From Laetmonice hystrix (taxonomy: Eukaryota), in assembly GCA_965235115.1 (NCBI GenBank), contig OZ249436.1, positions 17,052,001 to 17,116,000 on the forward strand: a stretch of DNA of 64,000 bases, written 5' to 3'. A model generated the notes under the pieces. The model did not search any database. It saw only the letters and a program-made list of their open reading frames with translations, and was not told the origin of the DNA. Below, one piece after another: positions 1-12,000 of the stretch (position 1 is the first letter of the stretch; each line of letters starts with the position of its first letter). The position numbers and the translations under genes are program-made.

Positions 1-3000
1 CCCCACCAGCCCACGCCGCCGCTGCACAAACACAGAGTCCGTTTGCTGCACCCGCTAGTAGTAGTGACATTCAGCAGGGCTTAGCTGGCATGAGTAAGTC
101 CCTCAGTTGAGTTCTCCTCAGTTTGCTGGCTCAGACAACCTTCCCATCTAGACTGGGGTTGAGGCAGTGTAAGTGACTGCTGCCCCATCCTCCCTCCACG
201 AGATCTACAGTTGGTTGTACATCAAACAGGTGAAGGAGCACTGACAGGTGCCATGCTGAATAAACTACTTGACATCGCACACCCACACGGTCAGTTAACT
301 CACACAGCCACACAGTTAACCCACACAGTCAGATAACCCACACACTCATGGGTCAATTAACCCACACCCACACGGTCAGTTAACTCACACAGCCACACAG
401 TTAACCCACACACCAACACAATCAGATAACCCACACACTGACGGGTCAATTAACCCACACCCACACGGTCAGTTAACTCACACACCGACACAGTTAACCC
501 ACACACCAACACAATCAGATAACCCACACACTCACAGGGCCAGTTAACCCACCCACCTCCACATTCAGATCACCCACACACCCACATGGTCATTTAACCC
601 CCACCCCCACACAGTTAACCCACACAGTTAACCCACAGTCAGTTAACCCACACACCCACTGTGCCACAGCCAGTTAACGACACCCACATGGTTAACCCAC
701 AGTCAGTTAACCCCACACACCCACCCCACACCCTCACAGTCAGTTAACCCCCACACACAGTTCAGCCACACACCAACACAGTCAGTTCACCCACACAGTC
801 GGTTAACCCACACACTGGAAATCGCACACAGTTTGTGGTCACCCGGTGAAAGTAAAACAAATCCACACAGTTATGCGGGATTTCCACCGGACGCGAGCGA
901 GCGATTTCATCTTTGACCATTTCCACCAGGTGCGAGCGCAAACCCCAATATGGCAGTGTCTAGTCTTGCGCGTCACGAAGATTTCCTGGTACACAATCTC
1001 GTTACATTGAGCGAGCGAGCGGAAAAATTTGAAAGTTGACCAACTTTAACAAATCGCGTGCATGACAGATGATATGATGTGCGTGCGCATGAGTCTGGTG
1101 GAAATTACTGCAATTACTTCAACTATTTCTACTTTTGAAGCATGCTCGTGCACCAAAACAAAGCACTCGCTCGCGTCCGGTGGAAATCCCGCATTAACCC
1201 ACAGAGTCATTATGGTCAGTGACTCTCGCACTCATTAGTCACAGGCCTACTGTTGGCAAGGGGTTCTGCTGTGCAAACACGGACTCGGTCAGGTCCAACA
1301 TTCGATCAGGAGAAAGCCAACCTGTTGTCTGCTTTCATGTTCTGTTTGTGACAAGGTTAATGGTATCTCCCTCTGAAAGTTGGTCATTTTTACAAAGTGC
1401 CTCTCTTAGCAGATTTTCTTTAGGCCCCGACTGAGGGTAGAAAGTAAGTTACCATGGTTACGAATGTTCACTGAGATGTGAAGGTTGTGGGTGTCTCCCA
1501 GCCTTGTATTCACGTGTTGTGTATTGTTGCCATAGTAACCCCAGCATGTCAAAACTGCAGCACATTTTCTACTCATGTTTGTCCTCTTCTGGAATCATTG
1601 AAGTTGTGTTATACGAGACAGTCGTGAGGTGGTCCAATCTGTTGTTCAGCATACTAATGTTGGTCTGAAATGATTATAATAGGTGGAGTATGTATGTTTG
1701 GTCGAATGTTGTTGGAATTTGATTATATGCCATTTTTTAGTGGCCTCTGTTGCCACCGTAGGTGGATGGTAAGTAACTCTGACCGTGCTTCTTGTGTTTA
1801 GATATAGGTGGCAGCACGGTGAGCAGCCAACTCGGGCAGATCAGTTCAACAACAGCGATGAATGCAGCACCTCCTGATGAGTTTGACATGTTTGCCCAGT
1901 CGCGGCAATCGTTTGACACGAGTCGGGGACAGACAGGGTGAGTAAATGGGTCTGCCAAGTGGGTAATATGTATGTTTCCATGGTAACCAACATCTTATAC
2001 AGTAAATCTCTGTGTCTCTGTGAAACTGGGTATGTAAAAATATCCCTTCCCATTCTTCTCACAAGAAGAGAAATGATAAACATCCAGGTGCAGGTTTCAT
2101 GATTATCTTCATCTTCACCTGATGGACTCAATGATTCTCACACAATTTGAACAAATTATAATTAATAAATATTATGTTCTCAGCCTGACTGGCTGAAATA
2201 CTAGATGCAGAACACAAACTACTAATTCCTTTACTCGCTCACTCAATCACTCAATGTCTCATTTACTCACTCAATCACTCAGTGTCTCGCTTCACTGGAA
2301 CCTTGCTAACAAATGGTAACATGTGTTTTACCCTTCAGCCAAGCCCCCACTAACCCAGGGTAAGTGTAGCAGCAGGATTACCATGAGTAACCTATGTTCA
2401 ACTTCTAGCTGTGGACGGATGTTTAGAGGGGGAATGGTTGGTGTAATATGGTTTATGAGCATTCTCCCTCTTGGGAAATCAGAACTGAATGTGACATTTT
2501 GGTTTTATATACTTCGATAGTTTAGTACTAGTATAATATTGTGAAGGACCATGCATGTTGCAATTCATATTGAGATGACTGACACAAGTTACTATGCCAC
2601 CACAGCCTGTGTCTGAATATATGGGCACCTGTCATGACACAAGGTGGAGTAGCTCTGTGTAAATTACATGGCACGTGTTGGGAGTATAAGTGAATCCAGT
2701 CCCAGGCACGCTATAACATATTACAAGAACCACTTACACTACCTGTTTACAAAGTCCTTGACCCACTTACATGACCTGTTTACAAGTCTCAGTGACCCAC
2801 TTACATAAGATGTTTACAAGAGTCCGGGACCCTCTGATATGACCTGTTTACAAGAGTCGGTATCCCTGTGACTAGACCTCTTTACAGGATTTTGTGACCC
2901 ATTACATAAGATGTTTACAAGAGTCTGTGACCCCCTGACCTGTCTGAGTGGATAAAATGTTTACATGGGTCAGTGCCCCACTTACAAACCTAAGTGACCC

Positions 3001-6000
3001 CATACCTGACACATTGTTGCCCTCGCTGTAGGCCATCCCAAGTTACCGGTCAGTTTCCTCCAGTGTGGCTTTCTGTTCTAGGGTGGAGGATGCGTATGTC
3101 AACCAACAGGCCGACCAACGCGCAGGAAGTCTAGGGGCTGCAGTCCAGGCCAAAACGAATGTAAGTCTACAGCATCTTTACAAACTATGGAATTCCTTTA
3201 GTTGTCAACATAACTAGGTCTAGTCATTTCTATAGCACCTTTTAATGTGTTTTGAGATTAACATTGAAGAAAATTCAGAATAAAACCTTCTTGATGTCTT
3301 TTAGGGACCACGGATATAAATTGTTTGTTTATTTCAATTTTTTTTTTTTAATCTTTGAAAAGTCTTATTTATTTATTGGGCCATTTCACTGTTTATCAGT
3401 TCAAAGAAAAATTTCAAACGATGATGTAATAAAAGCAACTGTAACAATGTTAATATTTTTCAAGGATCTGAAAGTGTACGTGGACAAAAAATCAAGACCT
3501 GTCTTGTGTTAACTGCTGGGCCAAGTTGAGTTCAGAAACCTGTGAGTGCTAGGTCAACTAGGGTATATAGTTGTCCAAGTGACCATCCAGCAAACCAGTT
3601 TCAAAATCACAAGGAATATCATGACTTGCCCACAGTTGACGGTTTGATCAAATTTGATCCAAATGCTGGCAGTAAATGGAGATAATGTCAGTGTTTTTGA
3701 TGATTTCAGCCCGAGTATAATTGTCTTCCTGTATGTTTTCTTCCCACGAAGATGCCGTACATGTATAGCAATGTAAGGGTGTTTCCAGCAATCTGTGTGC
3801 CCCCGTAGGAAGCTGTCAAAGAATGAGTGTTGTTCTTGCAGGCGGACCCAATGGTACACTGTGGTAGATCCTGACCTCAGTAGGCCGCGTCATGCATGAC
3901 TGAATCTAACAGCTCTGTGATCACCGAGTCACTGTTATGGTGTAGAACCTGTCGTAGTTGTGGTAGTTGGTGGGCAGGGATGGCCGATTGTACAGTGGGG
4001 CCACAGGGAGTGTGGGCATAATGCTCAACTGAAAACAACTGACCAAAAATATTGGATTGGTGGGAAATGGTATGCTAGTATACAAGTATTTTCGTTAACG
4101 TTGAATACTCATAACACTGCTATATAACATGAGTGATCTAGGAAACGACACTATGAAATATTAATAAACAGGGAAAAAAAACAAAAAAACCTATGAAATG
4201 TTCATTGGAGAACGAATGTTGATAAATAGGACATCGCCCCTGAACATGTCAGCCAGCAGACAACTTGTCCTGTTGCCAGGTATCTGGAGTCAGCCATCCA
4301 TGTCATGGTAGTGCCAGTTTAAGTTTGGCTGAGGAAACTCTGTGTCTCCCAACAGGGCTGCATGAGTTTACAGGCTCCCTGGGTACTGTCGAACTGCCGG
4401 TATGTCTATCTCTCTGACATCAGCTTAAAGGTAACACAATATGGCGAATCAAATTATTGTTGGGTGGACCAAAATTAGAAGCAGGCGCGAGTTGGTAAGG
4501 AGAGTTGGTAGCCAGCTCACAGTTTTGAAACCTTCATTATGTAACATTCAAACAAAATGTATCAGGAAGAGAAATGGCCTGGCAGTGTGCCCTTGGGTGA
4601 TGTTTGGTGTAGGCCTATAGCGAGCCCCAACCTTTCAGCCTGATGTGTGGACAGTGGACGATAACGGAGCAAGCAGTGAGCCACTCACGCCCCCTGGTGG
4701 GGAAGGAAGACATGATTTGCCGCGTCACTGACGTTTTATTTCTGTTTGTCCAGAGAGATGAACATAGTGAGGAAGAAATGGTAAAGATTGTGTCAATCTC
4801 TTTACTGGCTGTGAAGGCCTCAACCCGTTACAATGGGTCCCCTTTGTGCTGTTATCTTCTCACGTGACTGCAGTGCTTCACTTCCCAGCATTCTCTGCTC
4901 TGTTTTTGACCAAGTTGCGGCTTTTTCTCCCTTTTTTCTTCTTTAAATTAGATCTGATATTTAGCTCTCATGCTGAGCAGTTGCTGCCAACATGGGGTGG
5001 TTGTTGGGTGGGGCGGGGGTTGTGGGAGATGGGGTTATTTGCTGATGTCACTAACACCAGGCGGTAGGGGGTGAATATACTAACACCCTTGCTGGTAGGG
5101 TTGAAAGGTTGAGGGTAGAACAGAGATCGAGAACTGCTTGCTGTTGATTACTCAGCTTTATTTCCCACGTTATGACACTCTGTGATATCACTTCAGATTA
5201 CTGAAACATCGATCATAATGTTAGCTCACATAACTTACCATTGCTTCTATAACAGAGCAACACTAGTGAATGAATCAGAACAAGATTATGTTAGACGACA
5301 TAATGTGCAGCTTGTAAAGTTACCTAATTGAGTTCATCACAGCCACATGCCATTACTCGCTTTACATGAGTCTGTTCATTATGGACAAACCACATCTGGA
5401 TACATATAGCATTGACAGAGTATTTCATGATAAAACCAGACATGATTTCTTGTAACGTGCCAGAAACGAGCCAGTTTCTTACCGTAAATCCACCAAGAGC
5501 TTTGTGTAGATTCATACCACATTCACATTTGACAGTCGAACAAAATTACTAATTTGACTCACATTTTCATGAAGCCGTTGACTCGCACATTCTACAGCTT
5601 GTGATTTCTTACCACACACTACATCTGGGGCTTCCTAGAGCATTCATTTCTGAACTTCACGTAGCATAAGAGTAAGCACAGTGCAAGACAGTTGCCAGTG
5701 CAAGGAGGACTAGAAATTGATGGTATTTTTGGTAAGAAATGAAGACATTAACATTTATAGTTCACTCAGAGACAGTACATATACCAGTAAATTGTTACAA
5801 TGTAGTAGGGAGATTTAGTGAAATTAACATTTATAATTCACTCAGAGACAGTACATATACCAGTAAATTGTTAGTAGGGAGATTTAGTGAAATTAACATT
5901 TATAATTCATTCAGAGACAGTTTATGTACCGGTAACTTGTTAGTAGGGAGATTTAGTGAGAATTAACATTTATAATTAATTCAAAGACAGTTCATGTACC

Positions 6001-6942
6001 GGTAACAGGAAGATTTAGTGAGATTAACATTTATAATTCACTCAGAGACAGTTCATGTACCGGTAACTTGTTAGTAGGGAGATTTAGTGAGAATTAACAT
6101 TTATAATTCACTCGGAGACAGTTCATATACCGGTAATTTGTTAGTAGTATTTATTATTGATAAAAGGTTAGATTTTAAGATTGTTATCGAAGGATGATTT
6201 ATACCAAGTGGCTTCCAGTTTTACCCACGTCTCACCATCACCCAGGGGAACATGTGTAAATTTTCGTGTTTGATTGTGTTTCAGCCCCAGGACAAAGACA
6301 GGGACTATGACGAAATGGAGAAATGGCTTCATGAAAATGTGAGTCAAATTATTCTCCGAATATCAGAGTGTATATTTTATCAGCTACCAGGTAATTGTCT
6401 TTGCAAATGTTTAGAGGGTCTAATTCATTAATTATAATCATTTTTTTAAACTGATCCGTGTCGTCAGTATGATTGTAGCAAGAATGACAAGTGTGTTTGG
6501 ACAGGAATGTTCACAGCACGGGTGTTCAATTCTTGCTGTTTTAATGGCAGGTCCCATCTCAGACTTGAGATATCGTAAGTAGGAATTAGTGGTAGAGTAA
6601 ACTATGATTTAATAACTAATACCATTTGTCACTTTCCTTTCAGGCCACCCAACAAGAGTCGGCAACAAGTTCAGGTAAGATAGAAACTTGCTTTTTTTTT
6701 GTCGGGGGGGGGGGGATAAATCAAGGGAATTGTTGAAGATTTATAATTGTTCTATTTTATGCATGTTGTCTTACAAAACAAATCCAGTTATTTGTGTGGG
6801 TTTTCTTGGTGCAGAATTTGACAGATTCCTGGCAGAGCGGGCACGAGAAGCCGAGAACCTACCAGATGCTGCCACCGGAGCCCGCGGTAACCAACGTAAA
6901 ATGCAGAAGGACGACCAGGAAAACGCACTTTTTGCACTATAG
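1..6942 (+). CDS. TOM1L2: TOM1/TOM1L2-family endosomal adaptor, 3' portion (5' part lies before the window)
   Basis: Exons <1-93, 1802-1937, 3082-3160, 6285-6338, 6644-6674, 6815-6942, all GT-AG and phase-compatible; optional microexons 2339-2359 and 4754-4780. Translation includes QQGLAGMNIGGSTVSS, DEFDMFAQSR, YDEMEKWL and SSEFDRFLAERA...ENALFAL*, matching TOM1-family C-terminal motifs (FDMFAQTR, EEFDKFLEERA, DALFAL). Probably co-orthologous to vertebrate TOM1 and TOM1L2. Confidence 0.9.
273..835. repeat. Degenerate minisatellite (CACAGTTAACCCACAC core) in TOM1 intron
   Basis: Many imperfect copies of cacagttaacccacac/cagataacccacac. Confidence 0.85.
874..1193. mobile_element. MITE, PIF/Harbinger-like, 320 bp
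   Basis: 28-bp perfect TIR tgcgggatttccaccggacgcgagcgag; TTA duplicated at 871-873 and 1194-1196; removing the element restores cagttaaccc of the host minisatellite. Confidence 0.85.
2720..3010. repeat. Degenerate ~32-bp tandem repeat
   Basis: Recurrent gacccacttacat...tgtttacaagagtc units. Confidence 0.7.
5745..6147. repeat. ~69-bp tandem repeat, ~6 copies, TOM1 intron
   Basis: Unit tagtagggagatttagtgagaattaacatttataattcactcagagacagttcatgtaccggtaacttgt. Confidence 0.9.
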
Positions 6943-8689
6943 GAATTTTAATGGGTTGCCACTAGGTGGCGCGATTAGTGTCTGTTGGCCACAAGGTGGC
7001 GTGACTAGTATCAGTGTTGGCCGCTAGGTGGCCACGTGAAGCAACTGGGCTACATTTGTCCCCATCCCTTCACCAAACGAATATTAAGACAAGTGAGTAT
7101 GTTCAGTAAATGCATAACGCAGTCAGAAACATTATAATGATTGAAAGTAAATATTTCCTTCATTAGAGATTTTGAAATACAAATTTGGATTCGAATTTCA
7201 GAATTGTTTTGTGGTATTTTTGGTGAAGGGGGTTGGCAGGCCTGGTGATCACAGGCTGTCAGTTACCCGCTTGCCACCAACACCTAGCGGGGCAAGACCA
7301 ACACTGACTCACTTATTACAAATTGCACTTTCACAACTGGCAAGGGACTACAAGCAGCAGGTTCAAGTTGCCAGCTTGGTTACTAGTAGTTTTTAACGGA
7401 GACCTGCAGACAGAGTTGAACAGGATGCTTGTGCTTGCTGCTTGAGCTGCCTGCCGTACCTGTTGTCGTTTCTGTGAAGAACTTCTAATGCCACGTAGGA
7501 TTTATTATTTATATAGAGTCTCCAAGGTGAAAACAATATCATATAAAAATGTTGCTATGTTACTCAATTGATACAGCGTTGGTATAAAATGTTTACACGT
7601 CAAGAGTTTTTGAGGCAGTCTGTGCCCAGAGGTGTGTACAAAGCAGTAGGGTCACCTAATAGCCGTGTCAGCAATATAACATATTAATAATGTCTGGTAG
7701 TGTTAGTGGTGAAGTGTATGCGAGTTGAGCTGGTTGGATGGTTTCACACCAACTCACAGGGGGGGGTGGGACTGGGAACTAGGTCAAGACCTGGGAATTG
7801 GGTCATGAACTGGCAACTGGATCAAGAACTCGAAACTTTGTCAAGGCCTGGTAATTGGTTTGAGAACTTGGAGAGCTAGGTTCATGAACACTGACACTGT
7901 TGTGTAGGGTTCCCATGTTTCGGTTGTGGCAAAAATTTTACAACTTCTACAACCTTCTGTTACCCAGACTTTTAAGGTACTTTGAAAATCTTGCAGGCAA
8001 ATTTGCAATGAAAGAACTTTAAACACCCTTTTGAATCTTAAGTGTAGAAATTACAGTTAATTAAGAAGGAAAATTTCCCCCCAAAAGAAATCTAGGATTA
8101 AGTCAGAAGTCATTTTATGACAGGAATTAAGTGGAGGCTATATTTTGGTGGTGATATAATTGGAAACTGACCTTGAACGTCAAGGTGAATGTTGGTTGAG
8201 AGGTCAAGGTAAGGTTAGGCCAAGGGGACCGATCTGTAGAAGGAATTGTCTCACTTCATAATATACAGTGCGTTATCTATTTAAATATTCTCATCATATT
8301 ATATATTCACCATATTAATTCTAAGCATATTAATATGATGGCAGTCGTACAGTAGGTAAAGAACTAACCTTTCTGTTATTTTTCTGTTATTCTGAAATCA
8401 TCTGACCTTTGTAAGCGGAGACGATGAGAGAAAGCGAAAGCACACCAGGTTAAAGTTGTAACCAGAAAGTCATGTACACTGCAGGTACAGGGGCATTTTA
8501 AAATATTTGAATTCAGTGGTAGAATATTCAGACACTGCCTTCTGCATAGATGGCATTTCGTTACAGCAGAACCAAAAGGTGACTTTATAATGAAAGTGGC
8601 TAGAACCAAGTGTCGTGCAAAATGAGGTGTAAATAATGTCATAAAAAAAGTCTGGCTAGTGTAAACCATCAAGGACTGCTTTAATTTTG

Positions 8690-8970
8690 TAGCTATGACT
8701 GTATGATGTACTTTGGTGATTGCATAATGTACGGTAAGTTACTGTATAATGTATTGTAAGTTACTGTGTAATGTATGGTAACTACAATTTATGATACTGT
8801 ATAATGTACAGTAACTATAAGGTAAGGTTCTGTATAAGTTACAGTAACCTATAATGCATTGTAACTGTATAATGTACAGTAGTGTATAATGTAATGCACT
8901 GTATAATGTATAGTATCGTATACTATACAGTGCTGTATAATGTACACTCTGTAGAATGTATGGTAACACT
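8690..8970. repeat. Low-complexity repeat (actgtataatgta core)
   Basis: Many degenerate ctgtataatgta units. Confidence 0.75.
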
Positions 8971-9487
8971 TGGTCGACATTCCTAGGTCGCCACCACCAT
9001 GCCTGGGTGTGCAGCAATTCCTCAAATTGATCCCATATCCCACCGTCAGTCAGTATGGTATGTCGCACAATACGGGCTTTCATTTATGTACTTCTTTCTA
9101 TGGGGAGAGCATGAGAAAGAACAGTATGGGGGGGACGAAGAAAGCTTAGCGATGGTTGAGTTTAGTTGTTAGTTGATCAGTTAGTTGTTAGTCGACCACT
9201 TTACATAAAAGCCATTTTCAATCATGCACTGGTAAACAGGCAACGTAGAGGCCTGAGGTTCCCCTCTGGTTTTACGTGGGCAATCTTTCATAGCCAAACA
9301 TGAATGGGATTTTCTCCATAGTGTATGTCATAGTTAGCAATCTTATTTCCGTGTCTGCTGTGTGGAGCGTGACCATTTATTTGAAGTCGGTCCTGTGCAT
9401 TAATGTATGAAACATTACGTATGTGTTTGTATGACGTGGAGTGTTACAGCCACCTGTGTACATAACGTGATAACAAGATGATGTATA

Positions 9488-9940
9488 GACAGGGTGTGCT
9501 CCCAGATTGGCTGCCGCAGCCCACTGGCCGGCAGTCCTGGCAGCAGGTCGGTGGGTAGACCAGACGGTGTGCTCCCAGATTGGTTGCCGCAGCCCACTGA
9601 CCGGCAGTCCTGGCAGCAGGTCGGTGGGTAGACCAGACAGGGTGTGCTCCCAGTTTGGTTGCCGCAGCCCACTGATCGGCAGTCCTGGCAGCAGGTCGGT
9701 GGGTAGACCAGACAGGGTGTGCTCCCAGATTGGCTTCCGCAGCCCACTGATCGGCAGTCCTGGCAGCAGGTCGGTGGGTAGACCAGACAGGGTGTGCTCC
9801 CAGATTGGCTGCCGCAGCCCACTGACCGGCAGTCCTGGCAGCAGGTCGGTGGGTAGACCAGACAGGGTGTGCTCCCAGATTGGCTGCCGCTGTCCACTGA
9901 CCGACTGTCCTGGCAGCAGGTCCGTGAGTAGATCAGACAG
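9488..9940. repeat. 75-bp minisatellite, ~6 copies
   Basis: Unit gacagggtgtgctcccagattggctgccgcagcccactgaccggcagtcctggcagcaggtcggtgggtagacca. Confidence 0.95.
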
Positions 9941-10315
9941 TCATGGAGGGGGGGGGGGGGGGGGGGGTCAGCGTGCCCAGGTGTAATATAGTGGTTTGTA
10001 GAGGGTAAGCCATCATGTGGTGTGGAATGGCGAATGGTAATGTCACAAAGTTATTGCAACCACATGGATGGTGATGTAAATATTTATGAAATGAAGGCTT
10101 GGTGCAGTAAATATATCTGGTACGATTCTCCCACCGAGGCACTGGGGGGGGGGGGGGGGGTCACCGTCACTGGCACGGCTTGTTACTCTCATAATTATAA
10201 TATACATATTGTAGCCACAGCCATTTTCTGTCAGCTCTCAGTAATAAAATTTGGGTGTACATCTCTGGTAGTTGTATTTCTGACTTGTGAGTTGGGAAGG
10301 GTAAAGGGTCCAGTG

Positions 10316-10995
10316 GATAGAGGTGTCGGACACAATCATGTCGGGCAGATACAGAGGGGTCGGACACAGGTTAGGCCGATAGAGGGGGGTCGGACACAGG
10401 TGATGCCGATAGAGAGGGGTCGGACACAGGTTAGGCCGATAGAGGCAGGTCGGACACAGGTGATGCCGATAGAGAGGGGTCCGACACAGGCGAGGCCGAT
10501 AGATAGGGGTCCAACACACGTTAGGCCGATAGAGGGGGTCGGACACAGGCGAGGCCGATAGAGAGGGGTCGGACACAGGTTAGGCCGATAGAGGGGGGTC
10601 GGACACAGGTGATGCCGATAGAGAGGGGTCGGACACAGGCGAGGCCGATAGAGAGGGGTCGGACACAGGCGAGGCCGATAGAGAGGGGTCGGACACAGGC
10701 GAGGCCGATAGATAGGGGTCCGACACACGTTAGGCCGATAGAGGGGGTCGGACAGAGGTTAGGCTGATAGAGAGGGGTCGGACACAGGTTAGGCCGAAAG
10801 AGGGGGGCTCGGACAGAGGTTAGGCTGATAGAGAGGGGTCGGACACAGGTTAGGCTGATAGAGAGGGGTCGGACACAGGTTAGGCCGAAAGAGGGGGGTC
10901 GGACAGAGGTTAGGCTGATAGAGAGGGGTCGGACTGAGGTTAGGCTGATAGAGAGGGGTCGGACACAGGTTAGGCTGATAGAGAGGGGTCGGGCA
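10316..10995. repeat. 30-bp minisatellite, ~22 copies
   Basis: Unit gatagagaggggtcggacacaggttaggcc with variants. Confidence 0.95.
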
Positions 10996-11294
10996 GATAG
11001 ATTTTCTCAAAACATCCACGGATTATTAAACTTTCTTTATTGTTTTTACAACCCCGAGGTTTCGGCTCCCGTGTCTTGAAGACCATCCACTGCGCAGTCG
11101 CTCCTGGTTTGAACACATGCTAGTTCTAAATATAGTTTGATGCACTGGATTAAGAAAAAATATGTATATGAAATTTTAGAAGACCTGGCCCCTTAATGGA
11201 GCGCTCAGTAAAATTAGTACCACAAATTCTTCTCAGCGGGAGGCTAACGTTTTATAATACTTGGGAATGGTGCTGGCGTGTTGTGATGAACTTG

Positions 11295-11885
11295 GTTCCC
11301 TGGTGGCCACCAGTCGGACTACACATCCTTTATGGAGCTGCCCCCTTGTGGCCACCAGTCAAGCCCACATCCTTTCCCAAGCTGCCCCCTGGTGGCCACC
11401 AGGCAGACTATACATCCCTTCTGGAGCTGCCTCGTGGTGGTCATCAGTCCGACTACACATCCTTTCTGGAGCTGCCCTTTAGTGGCCACCAGTCAACCTG
11501 GAGCTGGCCCCTGGTGACCACCAGTCAAGACTCCATATCCTTTCTGGTGCTGGCTCCTGGTGGCCACCAGTCAAGACTCCATATCCTTTCTGGAGCTGGC
11601 CCCTGGTGGCCACCAGTCAAGACTCCATATCCTTTCTGGTGCTGGCTCCTGGTGGCCACCAGTCAAGACTCCATATCCTTTCTGGAGCTGGCCCCTGGTG
11701 GCCACCAGTCAAGACTCCATATCCTTTCAGGAGCTGGCTCTTGGTGGCCACCACAGTTCCCTGGAGTGCCCTCCAGTTGCCTTCACACTAAGTGCTCCCA
11801 CCCTGTGGTGCTGCCCCCTGGTAGCCGCCACAATCGGTCCTCCCGCTCGCATCTCATCTCCCTGCTGCCCCCTGGCGGCCATCGG
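11295..11885. repeat. 46-bp minisatellite carrying CTCF-like motifs, in probable ATPAF2 3'UTR
   Basis: ccagtcaagactcc recurs at 11521, 11567, 11613, 11659 and 11705 (46-bp period), with degenerate flanking copies; minus-strand AATAAA at 11036-11041 would place the array inside the ATPAF2 3'UTR. Confidence 0.9.
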
Positions 11886-12000
11886 TCTTCTTCTTTCTGT
11901 AAATTTGATCTTGTAGCTAAGGTTTTCCACATGTGCTGCAATGTGCCATGTCTCCTGATGCCCCCAACCAGACCATGCTGCGGAGTCCCATGTCCCCATC

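Noticed and set aside
1762..1768. 7-nt microexon (tag|gtggatg|gtaagt) in TOM1
   Set aside because: It would leave a 33-nt intron and shift the frame.
9415..9986. Cys-rich 25-aa repeat ORF (CCQDCRSVGC...) resembling a metallothionein or keratin-associated protein, and its antisense ORF
   Set aside because: By-product of a 75-bp minisatellite: no ATG start, open on both strands, one unit has a 2-nt deletion that shifts frame, and no splice context.
10022..11019. PLYRPNLCPT-type repeat ORFs
   Set aside because: Translation of a 30-bp minisatellite with frame-breaking indels.
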